A stretch of 64,000 bases of DNA, taken from NCBI GenBank assembly GCA_024278835.1, contig JAJRSK010000045.1, positions 3,444 through 67,443 on the forward strand, in the 5' to 3' direction. Below the pieces are notes generated by a model, which was not told the DNA's origin, ran no database searches, and saw only the letters and a program-made list of their open reading frames with translations. A program made the translations under genes and the position numbers. This document shows positions 62,515-64,000 of the stretch, one piece after another (within the stretch, counting starts at the first letter, position 1; the number at the start of each line of letters is the position of its first letter). The stretch comes from Campylobacterales bacterium. GTDB lineage: Bacteria > Campylobacterota > Campylobacteria > Campylobacterales > QNZT01.

Positions 62515-63462
62515 ATGCAAGCAATCATACAAGCAATTAAACAAGAGGTTCAAAAAGTCATCGTCGGACATGAAAAACTCATCGATGCGCTACTTATAGG
62601 ACTCATCTCAGATGGGCATATCCTCGTCGAAGGTGTCCCAGGACTCGCCAAAACAACAGCTATTAATGCACTTTCTAACGCGCTTGGACTTGATTTTAAG
62701 CGTATACAATTTACCCCTGATTTACTACCTAGTGATATCACCGGAACGGAGATATATGATCAAAAAAATGGAGAATTTCGTGTGAGAAAAGGACCCGCTT
62801 TTACCAACCTATTACTTGCAGATGAAATCAACCGTGCCCCTGCCAAAGTCCAAGCAGCTCTTTTAGAAGTGATGCAGGAGGGACAAATTACTATCGGTGA
62901 AGAGACTTTTAAACTTGATAAACCTTTTTTAGTCTTAGCCACACAGAACCCTATTGAACAAGAGGGAGCCTATAAACTACCAGAAGCCCAACTAGATCGT
63001 TTCATGCTCAATGTCATTGTCAACTATAATACCCTAGATGAAGAGTTTGAGATAGTTAAGCGTGTGGCAGAGAAAAGCTTTGGTGTTATCACTAAAGTCG
63101 TAGATAAAGAAGCACTCAGTGCGCTCAAGGCCCAAGCAAAATCAGTACATGTGGATGATGCTCTCTTAAAATATATGCTAAACATCGTCTTTGCCACCCG
63201 TGATCCCAGAGCCTACAATGTCCAAGGTGTGAGTGACTACATCGAATATGGCGCAAGTCCTAGAGCTTCTATCAATCTCTACAAAGCAGTCAAAGCCCTA
63301 GCGGTACTTAAAAACAAGGACTATGTCACTCCTGTGGAAGTGGCAGAAGTGGTACATGATGTCCTGAGACATCGATTGATTTTAAACTACAAGGCGGAAG
63401 CGCAAGGTGTGAAGAGTGATGATGTGATTACCAAAATCATGCAAGCCCTTCCTACCCCATAA
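62515..63462 (+). CDS. MoxR-family AAA+ ATPase
   Basis: GHILVEGVPGLAKT Walker A, LLADEINRAPAK Walker B, 315 aa. Confidence 0.9.
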   Translation: MQAIIQAIKQEVQKVIVGHEKLIDALLIGLISDGHILVEGVPGLAKTTAINALSNALGLDFKRIQFTPDLLPSDITGTEIYDQKNGEFRVRKGPAFTNLLLADEINRAPAKVQAALLEVMQEGQITIGEETFKLDKPFLVLATQNPIEQEGAYKLPEAQLDRFMLNVIVNYNTLDEEFEIVKRVAEKSFGVITKVVDKEALSALKAQAKSVHVDDALLKYMLNIVFATRDPRAYNVQGVSDYIEYGASPRASINLYKAVKALAVLKNKDYVTPVEVAEVVHDVLRHRLILNYKAEAQGVKSDDVITKIMQALPTP

Positions 63463-63471
63463 GGCAAAACA

Positions 63472-64000
63472 ATGAGCAGCCAAGTTGCAAGAGAGATACT
63501 TGTCAAAACCAGACGAAAAGTCTTTAGCCAGAACCTCGGAAACAATGCTACTGCCTTTGTCGGTAATGGTGTAGATTTTTCGGAACTTCGTGAGTACCAT
63601 TTTGGTGATGATGTACGCAAAATCAACTGGAAAGCCACAGCAAGACAGATGCATCCCTATATCAATCTGTTTACAGAAGAGAGGGAGTTAAATGTCGTTG
63701 TTTGTTTCATGGTCGGTGGTAGTATCTACTTTGGATTTCAGCGTATCAAGCAAGAGGTGATGAGTGAAGTGTTAGCACTACTTGGCTATTCGGTACTGAA
63801 AAATAGTGATAGATTGAGTACGCTCTTTTTTTCTGATAAAGAAGAATATTTTAGAAAACCAACGAAAAATATCTCCGCACTCAATGAAATCATACCTGAG
63901 GCTCTAGAGCTAGAAAGTTTGGGAAAAAAGGTAGACTACCAAACCTTTTCTGACCATATCTTACATCGGGTGAAGCAAAAGTCTATCCTCTTTATCATCG
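63472..64000 (+). CDS. DUF58-family protein (MoxR partner), 3' end cut by window edge
   Basis: My translation from the ATG at 63472 is MSSQVAREILVKTRRKVF...GVDFSELREYHFGDDVRKINWKATAR, the typical DUF58 motif. Open to the end of the window. Confidence 0.75.
   Translation, partial: MSSQVAREILVKTRRKVFSQNLGNNATAFVGNGVDFSELREYHFGDDVRKINWKATARQMHPYINLFTEERELNVVVCFMVGGSIYFGFQRIKQEVMSEVLALLGYSVLKNSDRLSTLFFSDKEEYFRKPTKNISALNEIIPEALELESLGKKVDYQTFSDHILHRVKQKSILFII

Overview
This is a 64-kb AT-rich chromosomal segment of about 85 genes, mostly on the minus strand. Gene content and order suggest a Campylobacterota (epsilonproteobacterial, Sulfurimonas/Sulfurovum-like) genome; that assignment is inference only.

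Layout:
- 1-9.7 kb: surface-polysaccharide cluster (Wzz/Wzc-type co-polymerase, Wza-like exporter, Wzy-like polymerase, Wzx-like flippase, wecC, wecB, galE, GT4).
- 10-16.3 kb: housekeeping genes (tkt, ispA, ybaB, panD, a ferredoxin-like ORF, murE, nfu).
- 16.4-30.6 kb: the complete S10-spc-alpha ribosomal protein operon, including secY, map, infA and rpoA.
- 30.8-40.6 kb: mixed small genes (pssA-like, CaCA antiporter, msrBA fusion, HDOD, ABM, PRT, rhodanese, alr, SulP, ATPase).
- 40.6-44.3 kb: stress island with three tandem Hsp20 genes (one with a signal peptide), a membrane protein, a YfdX-like protein and a Crp/Fnr regulator.
- 44.4-48.8 kb: rnhB, nrdB, a C-N hydrolase and pcm.
- 48.9-59.1 kb: acetate-utilisation cluster (acs, DnaQ-like exonuclease, DUF294/CBS/cNMP protein, actP, DUF485, OprD-like porin, OmpR-type regulator, Cache-type histidine kinase).
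- 59.1-64 kb: recJ, pyrG, moxR and DUF58.

I found no rRNA, tRNA, CRISPR array, IS element or prophage.

Main observations:
- The strongest non-genic signal is a hyper-abundant palindrome, (C)TATCATGATA(G). I count about 37 exact copies by eye, against well under one expected. It occurs in genes (two reading frames, both strands) and in spacers, often supplies start codons, and is almost absent from the ribosomal operon.
- Three genes are interrupted: map (in-frame TAA), the Cache histidine kinase (in-frame TAG), and recJ (TAG, a 1-nt deletion and no canonical start).
- A conserved ~67-nt element is duplicated upstream of infA and rpmJ, inside unusually long spacers.
- A signal-peptide-like small ORF sits one A-tract frameshift away from msrBA.
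- A fourU-like SD-sequestering hairpin precedes the HDOD gene.

Coordinates of non-ORF features were read by eye and may be off by 1-2 nt.
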